From an uncultured Clostridia bacterium (GTDB lineage Bacteria; CAYTYR01; UBA6262), in assembly GCA_964441745.1 (NCBI GenBank), contig CAYTYR010000009.1, forward strand, positions 1 through 64,000: 64,000 nt of DNA, in the 5' to 3' direction. Position 1 is the first letter of the stretch, and the number at the start of each line of letters is the position of its first letter. The position numbers and the translations under genes were made by a program. Positions 9,923 through 21,394 of the stretch are shown here, piece after piece. Below the pieces are notes generated by a model. The model ran no database searches and was not told the origin of the DNA. It saw nothing but the letters and a program-made list of their open reading frames with translations.

Positions 9923-12900
9923 ATGCCAAAAAGACAGGATATTCATAAAGTATTGATCATTGGTTCAGGTCCGATCATTATCGGGCAAGCCTGCGAATTT
10001 GACTATTCCGGTACCCAGGCCTGCAAAGCTTTAAGAGAAGAAGGTTATGAAGTAGTTCTAGTAAATTCCAACCCGGCTACGATCATGACTGACCCGGGAA
10101 CAGCTGACCAAACCTATATCGAACCATTAACCCTGGAAAGCATCGAAAAGATCATTGAAAAAGAACGCCCTGACGCCTTATTACCGAATTTAGGCGGCCA
10201 AACCGGCCTGAATATGGCAGCCAGCCTGCACAAAGCCGGTATCCTGGATAAGTACAAAGTACAAATAATAGGGGTTAAAGCTGACGCAATTGAACGGGGT
10301 GAGGACCGGATCATTTTTAAGGAAACCATGCAGCGTCTGGATATATCTGTTCCTGTTTCCGAACCCTGTTATTCAGTAGAAGAAGCGGAAAAGATCGCTG
10401 AACGTTTAAAATATCCTGTTGTCCTGCGCCCGGCCTATACTATGGGCGGCACTGGCGGGGGTATTGTCTATAATGTGGAAGAGCTAAGAGAGGTAACAGC
10501 GCGCGGCCTGCTGGCCAGCTTGATCCATCAGGTACTGGTAGAAGAATCAGTCCTGGGCTGGGAAGAACTGGAATTGGAAGTTGTGCGAGATGATAAGGGC
10601 CAAAAAATAACAGTTTGCTTTATTGAAAATATTGATGCTATGGGAGTTCATACCGGTGATAGTTTCTGTGCCGCTCCGATGCTCACTGTCCCTGAAGCCT
10701 TGCAAAAAAGAATGCAGGATATGTCCTATAAGATCGTCGACGCGATCGGAGTTATCGGCGGCACCAATGTCCAGTTCGCCCATAATCCCAAGGATGACCG
10801 TTTGGTCGTCATCGAAATTAATCCCCGCACATCTCGTTCTTCGGCCCTGGCCTCCAAAGCCACAGGATTCCCCATCGCCCGTATTTCCACGAAACTGGCC
10901 AGCGGTATTACCATGGATGAAATTCCCTATTGGCGCAAGGGTACGCTGGATAAGTATGAACCATGGGGGAATTATGTTGTTATTAAATTTGCCCGTTGGG
11001 CTTTTGAAAAATTTCCCCAGGCCAAAGACCTGCTGGGCACCCAGATGAAAGCAGTGGGCGAAGTAATGTCCATCGGCAAAACTTTCAAGGAAGCCTTCCA
11101 GAAAGCTATCCGTTCCCTGGAAACAGGACGCTATGGCTTAGGAGGAGCTAAAGATTTTAAAGATCTCTCTTTGGACCAGCTGCAGGCCAGATTATCCCAA
11201 CCGTCCAGTGAAAGAGTCTTCTTGATGTATGAAGCCCTGCGCCAGGGGATGACCCCGGCCGAACTGCATGAGATCACCTATATCAATACCTATTTCATTA
11301 AGGAAATGCAGGAATTGGTTTTGTTCGAAGAAGAGATAGCAAAGTTCACTTTAACTGACCTGCCGAAGGATAAACTGATCAAAGCCAAGGAATGGGGTTT
11401 TGCCGATAAATATTTGGCGAAATTATTTAAAGTAAAAGAAATAGAAGTAAGGAAAAAGCGGCTGGCGGCCGGCAAAATATGCCGCTACGAAGCAGTCCCG
11501 GTCAGCGGCGTAGAGAATGCCGCCTATTATTACTCTACGTATTCTCCTGGCAAAGATGATGTCCCGGTATCAAAAAAGAAGAAGATCATGATCCTGGGAG
11601 GCGGTCCCAATCGTATCGGCCAGGGTATTGAATTTGATTATACGTGCGTACACGCCGCTTTTGCCCTGCGGGATGAAGGATATGAATCGATCATGGTCAA
11701 CTGTAATCCGGAAACTGTTTCTACCGACTATGATACCTCCAATAAACTTTATTTTGAGCCTTTGACCGTAGAAGATGTCTTAGCTATTTATGACAAGGAA
11801 AAACCAGAAGGCGTGATCGTCCAATTTGGCGGGCAAACGCCTCTTAATATCGCCCAGGAATTAAAAGATAACGGTGTCAAGATCCTGGGTACCACCCCGG
11901 AAAGCATCAGGCTCGCTGAGGACCGTGAATACTTCCGGGAAAAAATAATCGCCTTGAATATCCCCCAGCCGGAAAGCGGGACAGCACGTTCCCTGGAAGA
12001 AGCCCTGGCGATAGCAAATAAGATCGGTTATCCACTGATCGTACGACCGTCATTTGTCTTAGGCGGAAGGGGCATGGAAATTATTTACGAAGAAGAGCGG
12101 CTGAAAAAATATGCTACAGAAGCCATCAATGTCAGCCCGGAATATCCCATGCTGATCGACCGCTTCCTGGAGCAGGCTCTGGAAACAGAAGTAGACGCTT
12201 TGTGCGACGGCCAGGATACTTTTGTGGCGTCAGTGATGGAGCATATAGAATATGCCGGTGTCCATTCCGGTGACTCGGCGTGCGCCATACCGCCGCGCAC
12301 GATCAAGGAGAAACACCTGCAAACTATCGAACTATACACTAAACAGATCGCTGAAGAGCTTAAGGTGATCGGTTTGATCAATATCCAGTTTGCTATCGGT
12401 AACGATCAGGTTTATATTTTGGAAGCTAATCCCCGGGCGTCCAGGACCGTGCCCCTGGTCTCCAAGATCGCCGGCATTCAAACCGCGCATATCGCAACCC
12501 AGTTGATGCTGGGTAAAAAGCTTAAAGATTTTCCGGAGCTGAAAAAACGCAAGCTTCCCTATGTCGGGGTAAAAGAAGCTGTTTTCCCGTTCAACATGTT
12601 CCCGGAAGTAGATCCGATACTCGGCCCGGAAATGAGATCCACTGGGGAAGTGCTGGGTATTGCCAATACTTTTGGCCTGGCTTTTTATAAAGCCCAGGCC
12701 GCAACCGGCACAGAGTTGCCGGTGGAAGGGAATGTGCTGCTGACCGTAGCGGACAAGGACAAAAAAGCCTTGCTGCCCCTGGCCAGGAAACTGAAAGAAC
12801 TAGGGTTTAATATTCTGGCCACGGAAAATACCAGCAAGTTCCTGCTGGAAAATGGTATCGAAAATAACGAGATCAAAAAAATCAATGCCGGCCGTCCCAA

Positions 12901-13129
12901 TATTGCTGACGCCATAAAAAACCGGGAAATCCATATGATCATCAACACGCCTTTGGGAAAATCCAGTAAGGACGACGACAGTTTTATCAGGATCATGGCT
13001 ATCCAGCACAAGGTTCCTTATGTTACTTCCATCACTGCGGCTAATGCCAGTGTAGAGGGAATGGAAGCAGCCAAAAATAACAAAATGGCGCCAAAATCTT
13101 TGCAAGATTATTATAAGGATCTTAAATAA
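9923..13129 (+). CDS. carB: carbamoyl-phosphate synthase large subunit, paralogue 1
   Basis: [18 protein letters not shown], two ATP-grasp halves and a C-terminal MGS domain; 1068 aa. Confidence 0.97.
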   Translation: MPKRQDIHKVLIIGSGPIIIGQACEFDYSGTQACKALREEGYEVVLVNSNPATIMTDPGTADQTYIEPLTLESIEKIIEKERPDALLPNLGGQTGLNMAASLHKAGILDKYKVQIIGVKADAIERGEDRIIFKETMQRLDISVPVSEPCYSVEEAEKIAERLKYPVVLRPAYTMGGTGGGIVYNVEELREVTARGLLASLIHQVLVEESVLGWEELELEVVRDDKGQKITVCFIENIDAMGVHTGDSFCAAPMLTVPEALQKRMQDMSYKIVDAIGVIGGTNVQFAHNPKDDRLVVIEINPRTSRSSALASKATGFPIARISTKLASGITMDEIPYWRKGTLDKYEPWGNYVVIKFARWAFEKFPQAKDLLGTQMKAVGEVMSIGKTFKEAFQKAIRSLETGRYGLGGAKDFKDLSLDQLQARLSQPSSERVFLMYEALRQGMTPAELHEITYINTYFIKEMQELVLFEEEIAKFTLTDLPKDKLIKAKEWGFADKYLAKLFKVKEIEVRKKRLAAGKICRYEAVPVSGVENAAYYYSTYSPGKDDVPVSKKKKIMILGGGPNRIGQGIEFDYTCVHAAFALRDEGYESIMVNCNPETVSTDYDTSNKLYFEPLTVEDVLAIYDKEKPEGVIVQFGGQTPLNIAQELKDNGVKILGTTPESIRLAEDREYFREKIIALNIPQPESGTARSLEEALAIANKIGYPLIVRPSFVLGGRGMEIIYEEERLKKYATEAINVSPEYPMLIDRFLEQALETEVDALCDGQDTFVASVMEHIEYAGVHSGDSACAIPPRTIKEKHLQTIELYTKQIAEELKVIGLINIQFAIGNDQVYILEANPRASRTVPLVSKIAGIQTAHIATQLMLGKKLKDFPELKKRKLPYVGVKEAVFPFNMFPEVDPILGPEMRSTGEVLGIANTFGLAFYKAQAATGTELPVEGNVLLTVADKDKKALLPLARKLKELGFNILATENTSKFLLENGIENNEIKKINAGRPNIADAIKNREIHMIINTPLGKSSKDDDSFIRIMAIQHKVPYVTSITAANASVEGMEAAKNNKMAPKSLQDYYKDLK

Positions 13130-13143
13130 TATAAAGGAAGATC

Positions 13144-16100
13144 ATGCCTAAAAGAGAAGATTTAAAAAAGATCATGCTTATCGGTTCCGGCCCGATCGTC
13201 ATCGGCCAAGCTTGTGAATTCGATTATTCCGGTACGCAGGCCTGCAAGGCGCTCAAAGAAGAGGGCTATGAAATCATCCTGGTAAATTCTAATCCAGCAA
13301 CGATCATGACTGATCCGCAGATCAGCGACCGTACCTATATTGAACCGCTGACCGTAGAAGTGCTGGAAAAGATCATTGCCAAAGAAAGGCCTGATGCTTT
13401 ATTGCCGACTATCGGCGGGCAGACAGCCTTGAATCTGACGGTAGCTCTGGTCGAAAAAGGGATTATTGACAAGTATAAGGTCGAACTCATCGGGGCGAAT
13501 TTTGAAGCTATCAAGCGCGCTGAAGACCGCAGTATGTTCAAACGCACCATGCAGGATATTGGCATGGACCTGCCGCGCAGCGGCTATGCTCACAATTTGA
13601 CCGAATCCCTGGAAATAGCCAAGCAAGTCGGCTTTCCGCTCGTGATCAGACCTTCATTTACCTTGGGAGGCACTGGCGGCAGCATTGCCTATAATATAGA
13701 AGAATTTATGGACCTGGTAACTTTTGCCCTTGAGCACAGCCCGGTCAGTGAAGTGCTGATTGAAGAATCAGTCCTGGGTTGGAAAGAATTCGAACTCGAA
13801 GTGATGAGAGACAAAAAAGATAATGTGGTTATTGTCTGCTCGATAGAAAACTTTGACCCGATGGGTATACATACCGGCGACAGCATAACTGTAGCGCCGG
13901 CCCAAACCTTAAGCGACAAAGAATACCAGAAGATGCGCGACGCGGCAGTCAAAATTATCAGGGCTATCGGCGTAGACACCGGGGGCAGTAATATACAGTT
14001 CGGGCTAAATCCTTTAACCGGCAGGATGGTGGTCATTGAAATGAATCCGCGGGTTTCCCGTTCTTCAGCGCTGGCGTCAAAAGCTACTGGTTTCCCGATC
14101 GCCAAAATCGCGGCCAAGCTGGCAGTAGGGTATACGCTTGATGAAATTCCCAATGACATTACCAAAAAAACTCCGGCTTGTTTCGAACCATCGATAGATT
14201 ATGTAGTCACTAAAATTCCCAGGTTTGCTTTTGAAAAATTTGCCGGCGCGGATGCGCGGCTGGGAATCTCCATGAAAAGCGTCGGGGAAGTAATGGCCAT
14301 TGGCCGGACCTTCAAAGAATCATTGCAGAAAGCTATCCGCGGCCTGGAGATCGGCCGTCACGGTCTGGGTAACGACAATCATGCCCTGGAAAAAGAAATC
14401 AAGACCGCCTTGAAATCAACTGAACGCCGTGAGGACATGCTGGATAAAATAAAACATTTTATTAAACAGCCTACGAGCGAAAGGATCTTTTTCATTAAAT
14501 ATGCTTTACAGAATGGCTTCCCGGTCGCTGATATAGCGCTGGCCAGCTCGATCGACCCCTGGTTTATCTATAATATTAAGGAGTTGTGCGATTTTGAAAT
14601 GACCCTGCGTCATGCAAATTTTATTAAACAAAAGAAGCCACAGCAGTTAGCGTTATTATCGCAGGCCAAGAAACTGGGATATTCTGATTATCAGTTAGCT
14701 GAATTATTATCAGTCAAAGAAAGCATGATCACCCGGTTGCGTCAGAAAAACAATCTATATCCCTGTTACAAACTGGTTGATACCTGCGCCGCTGAATTCC
14801 AGGCTTATACTCCTTACTATTATTCCACTTATGAAACAGAAGATGAAAAGACAGAGCAGAAATCAAAGAAAAAGAAGATCATGATCCTGGGCGGGGGACC
14901 GAATCGCATCGGACAAGGCATTGAATTTGATTATTGCTGCGTCCATGCCGCTTTTGCCCTGGAAGATATGGGTTACGAAACGATCATGGTTAATTGTAAT
15001 CCGGAAACTGTTTCTACCGATTATGATACCAGCGATCGCCTTTATTTTGAACCAGTGACGCTGGAAGATGTCTTGAATATTAATTACCGTGAAAAGCCGG
15101 ATGGGGTTATAGTGCAGTTTGGCGGGCAGACACCCTTGAATTTGGCGCTGGCTTTAAAAAAGAATGGGGTCAAGATCATTGGTACTTCACCTGACAACAT
15201 TGACCTGGCTGAAGACCGTAAACGTTTCGGTCGTCTGCTTAATAAACTAAAGATCCCGCAAGCGGAAAATGGCGCCGCCATGAGCTTCAGTGAAGCTAAA
15301 ACAATTGCCGCCAAGATCGGTTATCCGGTCATGGTACGGCCCAGCTATGTGCTCGGCGGCCGGGCGATGGAAATAGTTTATGAAGAACCCAGCCTCGAAA
15401 ATTATATCCGTAAAGCCAAAGACATTTCGCCTAAGCATCCGATACTGATCGATAAATTCCTGTCTGATGCTATTGAAGTTGATTGTGACGCGATATCAGA
15501 CGGTAAAGACGTCTATATTGGCGGCATCATGGAGCATATTGAAGAGGCGGGTATCCACTCGGGGGACAGTGCCTGCGCTTTACCGCCATACACGCTGACC
15601 GCGGAGCAAATTGAAACGATCAGGAATTACACCACCAAACTGGCCAGATCATTACAGGTGATCGGCCTGCTTAATATTCAGTACGCTATTAAGGATAATA
15701 TTATTTACGTCCTCGAAGTGAATCCACGCGCTTCGCGCACCGTACCTTTTGTCAGTAAAGCTACGGGAATACCTTTAGCTAAAATTGCCGCCGCCTGTAT
15801 GGTCGGCAAAAAATTGAAAGACCTGGATCTGCCACTAGCGGGAAAAACCATGACCTATACCGCGGTAAAAGAAGCGGTCCTCCCTTTTATCAAATTCCCC
15901 GGAATAGACAGCATCCTGGGCCCGGAGATGAAATCTACCGGAGAAGTGATGGGTATCGATGCTAATTTCGGATTGGCTTTTGCCAAGTCCCAAATGGCTG
16001 CCGGTAGTTCACTGCCCTTATCAGGAAATGTCTTTCTCAGTGTCAATGACCGGGATAAGCAACGGATCGCTCCAGTCGCCAAAAAATTACTGGATCTTGG

Positions 16101-16413
16101 TTTTAAAATTATTTCTACACGCAAAACCTGCGCCTACCTGAAAAACCAGGGATTTGACGTAGAAGAAGTAGCCAAAATAGGGGAAGGCCGTCCGGACATG
16201 GTTGATATTATTAAGAATAAGCAGGTTGACCTGATTATCAATACCCCCAAAGGAACCCGTTCACGCAGCGATGGCTATGTTATCCGTCAAAATGCGCTGA
16301 TCCATAACGTCCCGTTCATTACCACCTTTTTCGGGGCCGAAGCAGCTGTCGACGGGATTGTGGCATTGCGCACCCAGGGTATAACCGTAAAACCACTGCA
16401 GGAATATTATTAA
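13144..16413 (+). CDS. carB: carbamoyl-phosphate synthase large subunit, paralogue 2
   Basis: [36 protein letters not shown] and [10 protein letters not shown] motifs; 1089 aa. Confidence 0.97.
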   Translation: MPKREDLKKIMLIGSGPIVIGQACEFDYSGTQACKALKEEGYEIILVNSNPATIMTDPQISDRTYIEPLTVEVLEKIIAKERPDALLPTIGGQTALNLTVALVEKGIIDKYKVELIGANFEAIKRAEDRSMFKRTMQDIGMDLPRSGYAHNLTESLEIAKQVGFPLVIRPSFTLGGTGGSIAYNIEEFMDLVTFALEHSPVSEVLIEESVLGWKEFELEVMRDKKDNVVIVCSIENFDPMGIHTGDSITVAPAQTLSDKEYQKMRDAAVKIIRAIGVDTGGSNIQFGLNPLTGRMVVIEMNPRVSRSSALASKATGFPIAKIAAKLAVGYTLDEIPNDITKKTPACFEPSIDYVVTKIPRFAFEKFAGADARLGISMKSVGEVMAIGRTFKESLQKAIRGLEIGRHGLGNDNHALEKEIKTALKSTERREDMLDKIKHFIKQPTSERIFFIKYALQNGFPVADIALASSIDPWFIYNIKELCDFEMTLRHANFIKQKKPQQLALLSQAKKLGYSDYQLAELLSVKESMITRLRQKNNLYPCYKLVDTCAAEFQAYTPYYYSTYETEDEKTEQKSKKKKIMILGGGPNRIGQGIEFDYCCVHAAFALEDMGYETIMVNCNPETVSTDYDTSDRLYFEPVTLEDVLNINYREKPDGVIVQFGGQTPLNLALALKKNGVKIIGTSPDNIDLAEDRKRFGRLLNKLKIPQAENGAAMSFSEAKTIAAKIGYPVMVRPSYVLGGRAMEIVYEEPSLENYIRKAKDISPKHPILIDKFLSDAIEVDCDAISDGKDVYIGGIMEHIEEAGIHSGDSACALPPYTLTAEQIETIRNYTTKLARSLQVIGLLNIQYAIKDNIIYVLEVNPRASRTVPFVSKATGIPLAKIAAACMVGKKLKDLDLPLAGKTMTYTAVKEAVLPFIKFPGIDSILGPEMKSTGEVMGIDANFGLAFAKSQMAAGSSLPLSGNVFLSVNDRDKQRIAPVAKKLLDLGFKIISTRKTCAYLKNQGFDVEEVAKIGEGRPDMVDIIKNKQVDLIINTPKGTRSRSDGYVIRQNALIHNVPFITTFFGAEAAVDGIVALRTQGITVKPLQEYY

Positions 16414-16492
16414 TAGCGGATAGCGGGTAGCGGTAAGCGTATAGAAATGCTGAAAGAATTACTTTACGCTATACGCTAAACGCTTTACGCTA
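16414..16492. repeat. family A inverted heptamer arrays (TAGCGKN / CTWWACG)
   Basis: tagcgga tagcggg tagcggt aagcgta tag ... ctttacg ctatacg ctaaacg ctttacg cta. Confidence 0.85.
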
Positions 16493-16507
16493 ATTCCAGA
16501 GGTTAAA

Positions 16508-19135
16508 ATGAAATCAAATGAGATCCGCCAGAAATACCTGGATTTTTTTGTGGCCAAAAAGCATCACCTGGCCAAAAGCGACGGCCTGGTGCCTTCCAGC
16601 GACCCGACCTTACTCTTCACCAGCGCCGGTATGGTGCAATTTAAAAATATGTTCCAGGGGAAAACCAAGCTGACTTATACCCGGGCTGTCAGCTGCCAAA
16701 AATGTTTTCGTACGAATGATATAGAGAGAGTAGGGCATACCGCGCGCCATCATACTTTTTTTGAAATGCTGGGTAATTTTTCCTTCGGTGACTATTTTAA
16801 GAAAGACGCTATTCACTGGGCCTGGGAATTTTTGACTAAAACAGTAAATCTCCCGCCTGATAAATTATGGGTGACTATTTATCAGGATGATGATGAAGCT
16901 GCTCAGATCTGGCAATCCCTGGTCAAACCTGACCGGATCATTCGCCTGGGGAAAGAATCTAATTTCTGGGAAATGGGCGAAACAGGACCATGCGGTCCCT
17001 GTTCCGAAATACTGTATGACCAGGGAGAAAAAGCAGGCTGCGGCAAGCCAGAATGCCGGCCGGGATGTGATTGTGACCGTTACCTGGAAGTATGGAACCT
17101 CGTTTTTACCCAGTTTGACCGTGACAAAAATGGCCGCCTGACCCCTTTGCCGCAGAAGAATATTGATACTGGCATGGGCCTGGAAAGATTAACCGCTGTG
17201 GTTCAAGGTGTATCCTCAAACTTTGACACTGACCTGTTTCGTCCGATCATCCAAACAACGGCTGACCTGGCCGGAGTCGAATACCGCCGGGAAGAGAAAA
17301 TTGACCGTTACTTAAAAGTGATCGCTGACCATATCCGGGGGATCACCTTCCTCTGCAGTGAAGGGATCCTGCCGTCTAATGAAGGACGAGGATATGTACT
17401 GCGCCGGCTCATCAGGCGGGCTCACCGTTATGGCAAATTACTTAATATTAATGATGCCTTTTTACATACGCTGGCGGGAGTAGTCATTGATTCGATGAAA
17501 GGCCACTATCCAGAACTGGCCGACGCTAAAGAACATACCTATAATATTATCATTAACGAAGAAAAGAAATTCCAGCAAACACTGGAGCAAGGACTGACCA
17601 TCCTGGAAGAGATCATCGGAGAGCTTAAAAAAAGCGGCAACACCATGATCAGCGGTAAAATTGTTTTTCAACTTTATGATACTTATGGATTCCCGGCAGA
17701 CATGACCAAAGAAATAGCTGCTGAACAAGGTTTTCAAATAGACGAAAAAGAATTTACGGCGGAAATGGAACAGCAAAAAGAAAAAGCCAGGTCAGCCTGG
17801 AAAGGCTCCGGAGCAGAAGACCTTTCCTTTTATACTCTGCTCCATAAGGAAACCGGAGATACTATTTTCAGTGGCTATGATGAATACAATACCCAAAGTA
17901 AGATCCTGGCCTTAGTACTAGATAAAAAGCAAACGACCCAGGCCGGGGCTGGAGATATAGTCCAGGTAATACTGGCAAAAACGCCATGTTATGGGGAAAC
18001 CGGAGGCCAGACCGGCGATACAGGAAAGATCACCAAGCCGGAAGGGGAGATCATCATTGACCACACTATCCGGCCAATCCCGGGACTGATCGTGCATGAG
18101 GGTAAAATAAACAAGGGGACTTTTGCTAAAAATGACGAGGTTAATATATTTGTAGACGTAGAACGGCGTAATAATATCGCCCGCAACCATACTGCCACGC
18201 ATTTATTACAGGCGGCCTTAAGAAAAACCCTGGGCCATCATATAACCCAGGCTGGCTCCCTGGTCGAACCTGAAAGGCTGCGTTTCGATTTCACCCACAA
18301 CCAGTTTTTGGCGGCCCAGGAATTGTTTGTTTTAGAAGACCTGGTTAACGCTAATATCCGGGCTAACCTGCAGGTAATGGTCACGGAAACATCCCCAGAT
18401 GAAGCCAAGAAAAAAGGAGCCATGGCTCTCTTTGGTGAAAAATACGGGGAGAAAGTCCGTCTGGTCGAAGTAACCGGTGCCAGCATGGAACTATGCGGCG
18501 GGACCCATTGCCATACCAGCGGTGAAATCGGATTATTTAAAATCGTCTCAGAATCCAGCATTGCCCAGGGGGTACGCCGCATTGAAGCGGTAACCGGACA
18601 GGAAGCAATCAGGTTCCTGCATCAACAGGAACAATTGATCACCGATCTTGAACAAATCCTTAAAACCAGCGCCAGTGAATTAACCAACAGGGTTGGTAAA
18701 TTATTAGAGCAGTTAAAAACCCTGCAAAAAGACCTGCAACGGCAAAAATCAAAAACAGTGTCTCTTAAAAGCCATGATCTGACAGGTGAAGTTAAGAAAA
18801 TAAATGGTATTTCATTCTTAGCCAAGAGCTTCCCTGAAGCCGATGCCGAAGACTTACGTAAGATAGGGGACCAGTTAAAGAACAGCCTGAAAAGCGGGGT
18901 TTTCATTCTGGGAGGCCTCAAAAATGGCAAAATAGCCCTTATTTGCATGGTCACCGCTGATCTGACCGCTAAGGGCCTGCATGCCGGGAAAATCATCAAG
19001 GAAGTCTCTACCATTGTAGGTGGTAGTGGCGGGGGCCGGGCTGACCTGGCCCAGGCTGGCGGAAAAGAACCTGATAAATTAGATGAAGCTATCTCAAAAA
19101 GCGTTGATATTATTAGCAAATACAAATTATCTTAA
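16508..19135 (+). CDS. alaS: alanine--tRNA ligase
   Basis: DPTLLFTSAGM, HHTFFEMLGNFSFGDYFK, DTGMGLER, editing HTATH and ELCGGTH, and C-terminal GGG motifs. Confidence 0.98.
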   Translation: MKSNEIRQKYLDFFVAKKHHLAKSDGLVPSSDPTLLFTSAGMVQFKNMFQGKTKLTYTRAVSCQKCFRTNDIERVGHTARHHTFFEMLGNFSFGDYFKKDAIHWAWEFLTKTVNLPPDKLWVTIYQDDDEAAQIWQSLVKPDRIIRLGKESNFWEMGETGPCGPCSEILYDQGEKAGCGKPECRPGCDCDRYLEVWNLVFTQFDRDKNGRLTPLPQKNIDTGMGLERLTAVVQGVSSNFDTDLFRPIIQTTADLAGVEYRREEKIDRYLKVIADHIRGITFLCSEGILPSNEGRGYVLRRLIRRAHRYGKLLNINDAFLHTLAGVVIDSMKGHYPELADAKEHTYNIIINEEKKFQQTLEQGLTILEEIIGELKKSGNTMISGKIVFQLYDTYGFPADMTKEIAAEQGFQIDEKEFTAEMEQQKEKARSAWKGSGAEDLSFYTLLHKETGDTIFSGYDEYNTQSKILALVLDKKQTTQAGAGDIVQVILAKTPCYGETGGQTGDTGKITKPEGEIIIDHTIRPIPGLIVHEGKINKGTFAKNDEVNIFVDVERRNNIARNHTATHLLQAALRKTLGHHITQAGSLVEPERLRFDFTHNQFLAAQELFVLEDLVNANIRANLQVMVTETSPDEAKKKGAMALFGEKYGEKVRLVEVTGASMELCGGTHCHTSGEIGLFKIVSESSIAQGVRRIEAVTGQEAIRFLHQQEQLITDLEQILKTSASELTNRVGKLLEQLKTLQKDLQRQKSKTVSLKSHDLTGEVKKINGISFLAKSFPEADAEDLRKIGDQLKNSLKSGVFILGGLKNGKIALICMVTADLTAKGLHAGKIIKEVSTIVGGSGGGRADLAQAGGKEPDKLDEAISKSVDIISKYKLS

Positions 19136-19168
19136 TAATATACTTTAATAGAAAGAAACGTTGAAAAT

Positions 19169-21121
19169 ATGCCCTATAAGCAACCCCGTCCCATAAGTAA
19201 GATCAAGCGTAACCAGCCCTCTAGGAGAAAGAAGAGCCCTAAGCTTCCGCTGCATTTCATCACTATCCTTACTATCATTATCTTGATTATAGTAGCTATA
19301 ACCTCTATCCATTCTTACTATTATTATTACCGTAATCAGTCTGCCACGCTTAAAACGTACCAGAAGAAATATCGCCATTTTGAGCTAGTGAAGTTTGGCT
19401 TTGACTCCCGGGATAAATCCCTGGATAAAATGAATTTACTGGTATTTGTTGAAAGAAATAATAAGCCAATTGATTCTGTTGGCGGTAAAAAAGCGGCCCT
19501 ATTAAAATACAATCCGCGCTTACATATTTATGAAGCTGCCTGGCCAATACCCTGGAATGCGCCTGATGGCTTTTATACGGCTAAATTAAGTATCCCCAGA
19601 AAGAAGGGACAAGCCCGTATCTTAACTGTTAAATTTGAAATTGAAAGACTCAAGCCGGCAGCTATTAAACCAGGAATGGGAGTATTGACCCTGGAAAGCT
19701 CAGCTATGATGGAGACAGCAAAAATAAAAAATCCTGATGGCAATATTGGCAACTGGGAAAACATTTTTGATTGGGCTGACTATTTAACCGCTGACACTGT
19801 CTGGTATCTGGCTGGTCAAACTGCCAGCTGGGGAGCCAGGATCGATAGTAATTCACCATGGATACAATCAAATATTAATTTTGTTCCAAAGTTTGCCAAA
19901 GCGGCTCATGCCAAGGGCCTGAGATTCGGAGCCTGGGTGGCTTGTTTCCTGACTTTCGGAGATACCATTAACAAAGCTAACTACCAATTTGCTTACAACT
20001 ATAACAGTTCAGCCAGAACCTGCGTACCTACCAGATCAATATCAATCGGTGATCAAAAACGACGCACCGATATAATCAAACTGCTTACGCGGCTGGCCAA
20101 TACACCAAATGTCGATTATATCGGCCTGGACTACATCCGCAATGCTATCGGCGGATATGAAATGGTAGACAAATTTGTGGCGGACATGAATCCTGAGCTG
20201 CCGGCAAACTGGGGCAAATTGGAAAAAATGGGCCGGATGTGCTGGTTGGGCAAAGAGATCCAGAAGCGGCAAAAAATGAACCTGGTTGACCAATGGAACT
20301 GGTGGCGGGCCCATTATGTAGCCACCATGGTAAAAGAAATTATTGCCAAGGTTAATACCAAAAAACCCTTATGGTGTTTTACCTTAAGCTGGGAAAAGGG
20401 CTGGCAGCATGGACAGGATCCGATCATGATGAATGACGCAGGTGCGGCTATTGATGCGGTCATGCTGTATGAATGTGACCGGGGGCAATTTAATGACCTG
20501 CTCAAAGGCTGGAATCGCTATGTCGGTAAAAACCAGGTCAATCTTTTTGGCGGCGATGTCGTTGACTGGAACCTTCACCAGTTTACGGTCAATCCTCCCG
20601 GCCCGCAGGAATTCTATGACCGCATGATCTTAGCTAATCGGAAAATGTCTGGAGACGGAAGGAACAAAGGAATGTTCTGGCACGACCTGGCGCGGGGCCT
20701 GTGGGGCAGATTGGGACCTTACAATGTTAATGAATGGGCCATCGCCGGCGCTGCTTCTTTTACCGCGTTAAGATATGATTGGGGCTTGCTGGACATTGCG
20801 CTCAATCTGGAGACACCTGATAAATTGATCACTGGTAAAAACCAGGTGATACCAGTTAAAGTAAAGAATATTTCTAGCGCCACTCAACGCAACATTAAAA
20901 TATCTTCCCTGTCGGTTCCCTACATGAATTGCCTTGGCGTAAAGGAACAAGTGATTAATAAACTAGCTCCTGGAGAGACGAGGGATATACCCTTTACTTT
21001 AAGTGCCAGGGGAACTGACTCTGCCCGCGCTAACCAGAATATGATCGCCTTTTCCTGTACCTGGGATTCCCTGGCCCAATATCACAAGGCAGTTACTTTT
21101 AAATACCTCAAAGTAGAATAG
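19169..21121 (+). CDS. membrane-anchored hypothetical protein, possible glycoside-hydrolase-like TIM barrel with C-terminal Ig-like domain
   Basis: Basic N-terminus, single TM segment, DYIGLDYIR motif reminiscent of GH-like barrels, beta-rich C-terminus. Confidence 0.55.
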   Translation: MPYKQPRPISKIKRNQPSRRKKSPKLPLHFITILTIIILIIVAITSIHSYYYYYRNQSATLKTYQKKYRHFELVKFGFDSRDKSLDKMNLLVFVERNNKPIDSVGGKKAALLKYNPRLHIYEAAWPIPWNAPDGFYTAKLSIPRKKGQARILTVKFEIERLKPAAIKPGMGVLTLESSAMMETAKIKNPDGNIGNWENIFDWADYLTADTVWYLAGQTASWGARIDSNSPWIQSNINFVPKFAKAAHAKGLRFGAWVACFLTFGDTINKANYQFAYNYNSSARTCVPTRSISIGDQKRRTDIIKLLTRLANTPNVDYIGLDYIRNAIGGYEMVDKFVADMNPELPANWGKLEKMGRMCWLGKEIQKRQKMNLVDQWNWWRAHYVATMVKEIIAKVNTKKPLWCFTLSWEKGWQHGQDPIMMNDAGAAIDAVMLYECDRGQFNDLLKGWNRYVGKNQVNLFGGDVVDWNLHQFTVNPPGPQEFYDRMILANRKMSGDGRNKGMFWHDLARGLWGRLGPYNVNEWAIAGAASFTALRYDWGLLDIALNLETPDKLITGKNQVIPVKVKNISSATQRNIKISSLSVPYMNCLGVKEQVINKLAPGETRDIPFTLSARGTDSARANQNMIAFSCTWDSLAQYHKAVTFKYLKVE

Positions 21122-21200
21122 GATTGCTTTTTCCGGCGGGTTGTGATAAAAGAATAAAATCAGCCAGCTTGATATTTATCATTTTATGGCAGGAGGAAAT

Positions 21201-21362
21201 ATGTCAACTAAAAATGGTTTGACTACCGACGGTATCAAAAAAAGATTAGACCAGCTGGAAATTGATATTGTCTTGAAGCAGCTGGAGCTGGTAGAACTGC
21301 AAAAAAGAAAAGGCGAATTACAGCTGCTGCTTTTGCACAAAAAAAACAATATCGAAGAATAA
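21201..21362 (+). CDS. small coiled-coil hypothetical protein (53 aa, below ORF-track cutoff)
   Basis: AGGAGG SD then MSTKNGLTTDGIKKRLDQLEIDIVLKQLELVELQKRKGELQLLLLHKKNNIEE*. Confidence 0.7.
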   Translation: MSTKNGLTTDGIKKRLDQLEIDIVLKQLELVELQKRKGELQLLLLHKKNNIEE

Positions 21363-21394
21363 TAAGCACGCTAATATAATAAGGAGCATGATCT

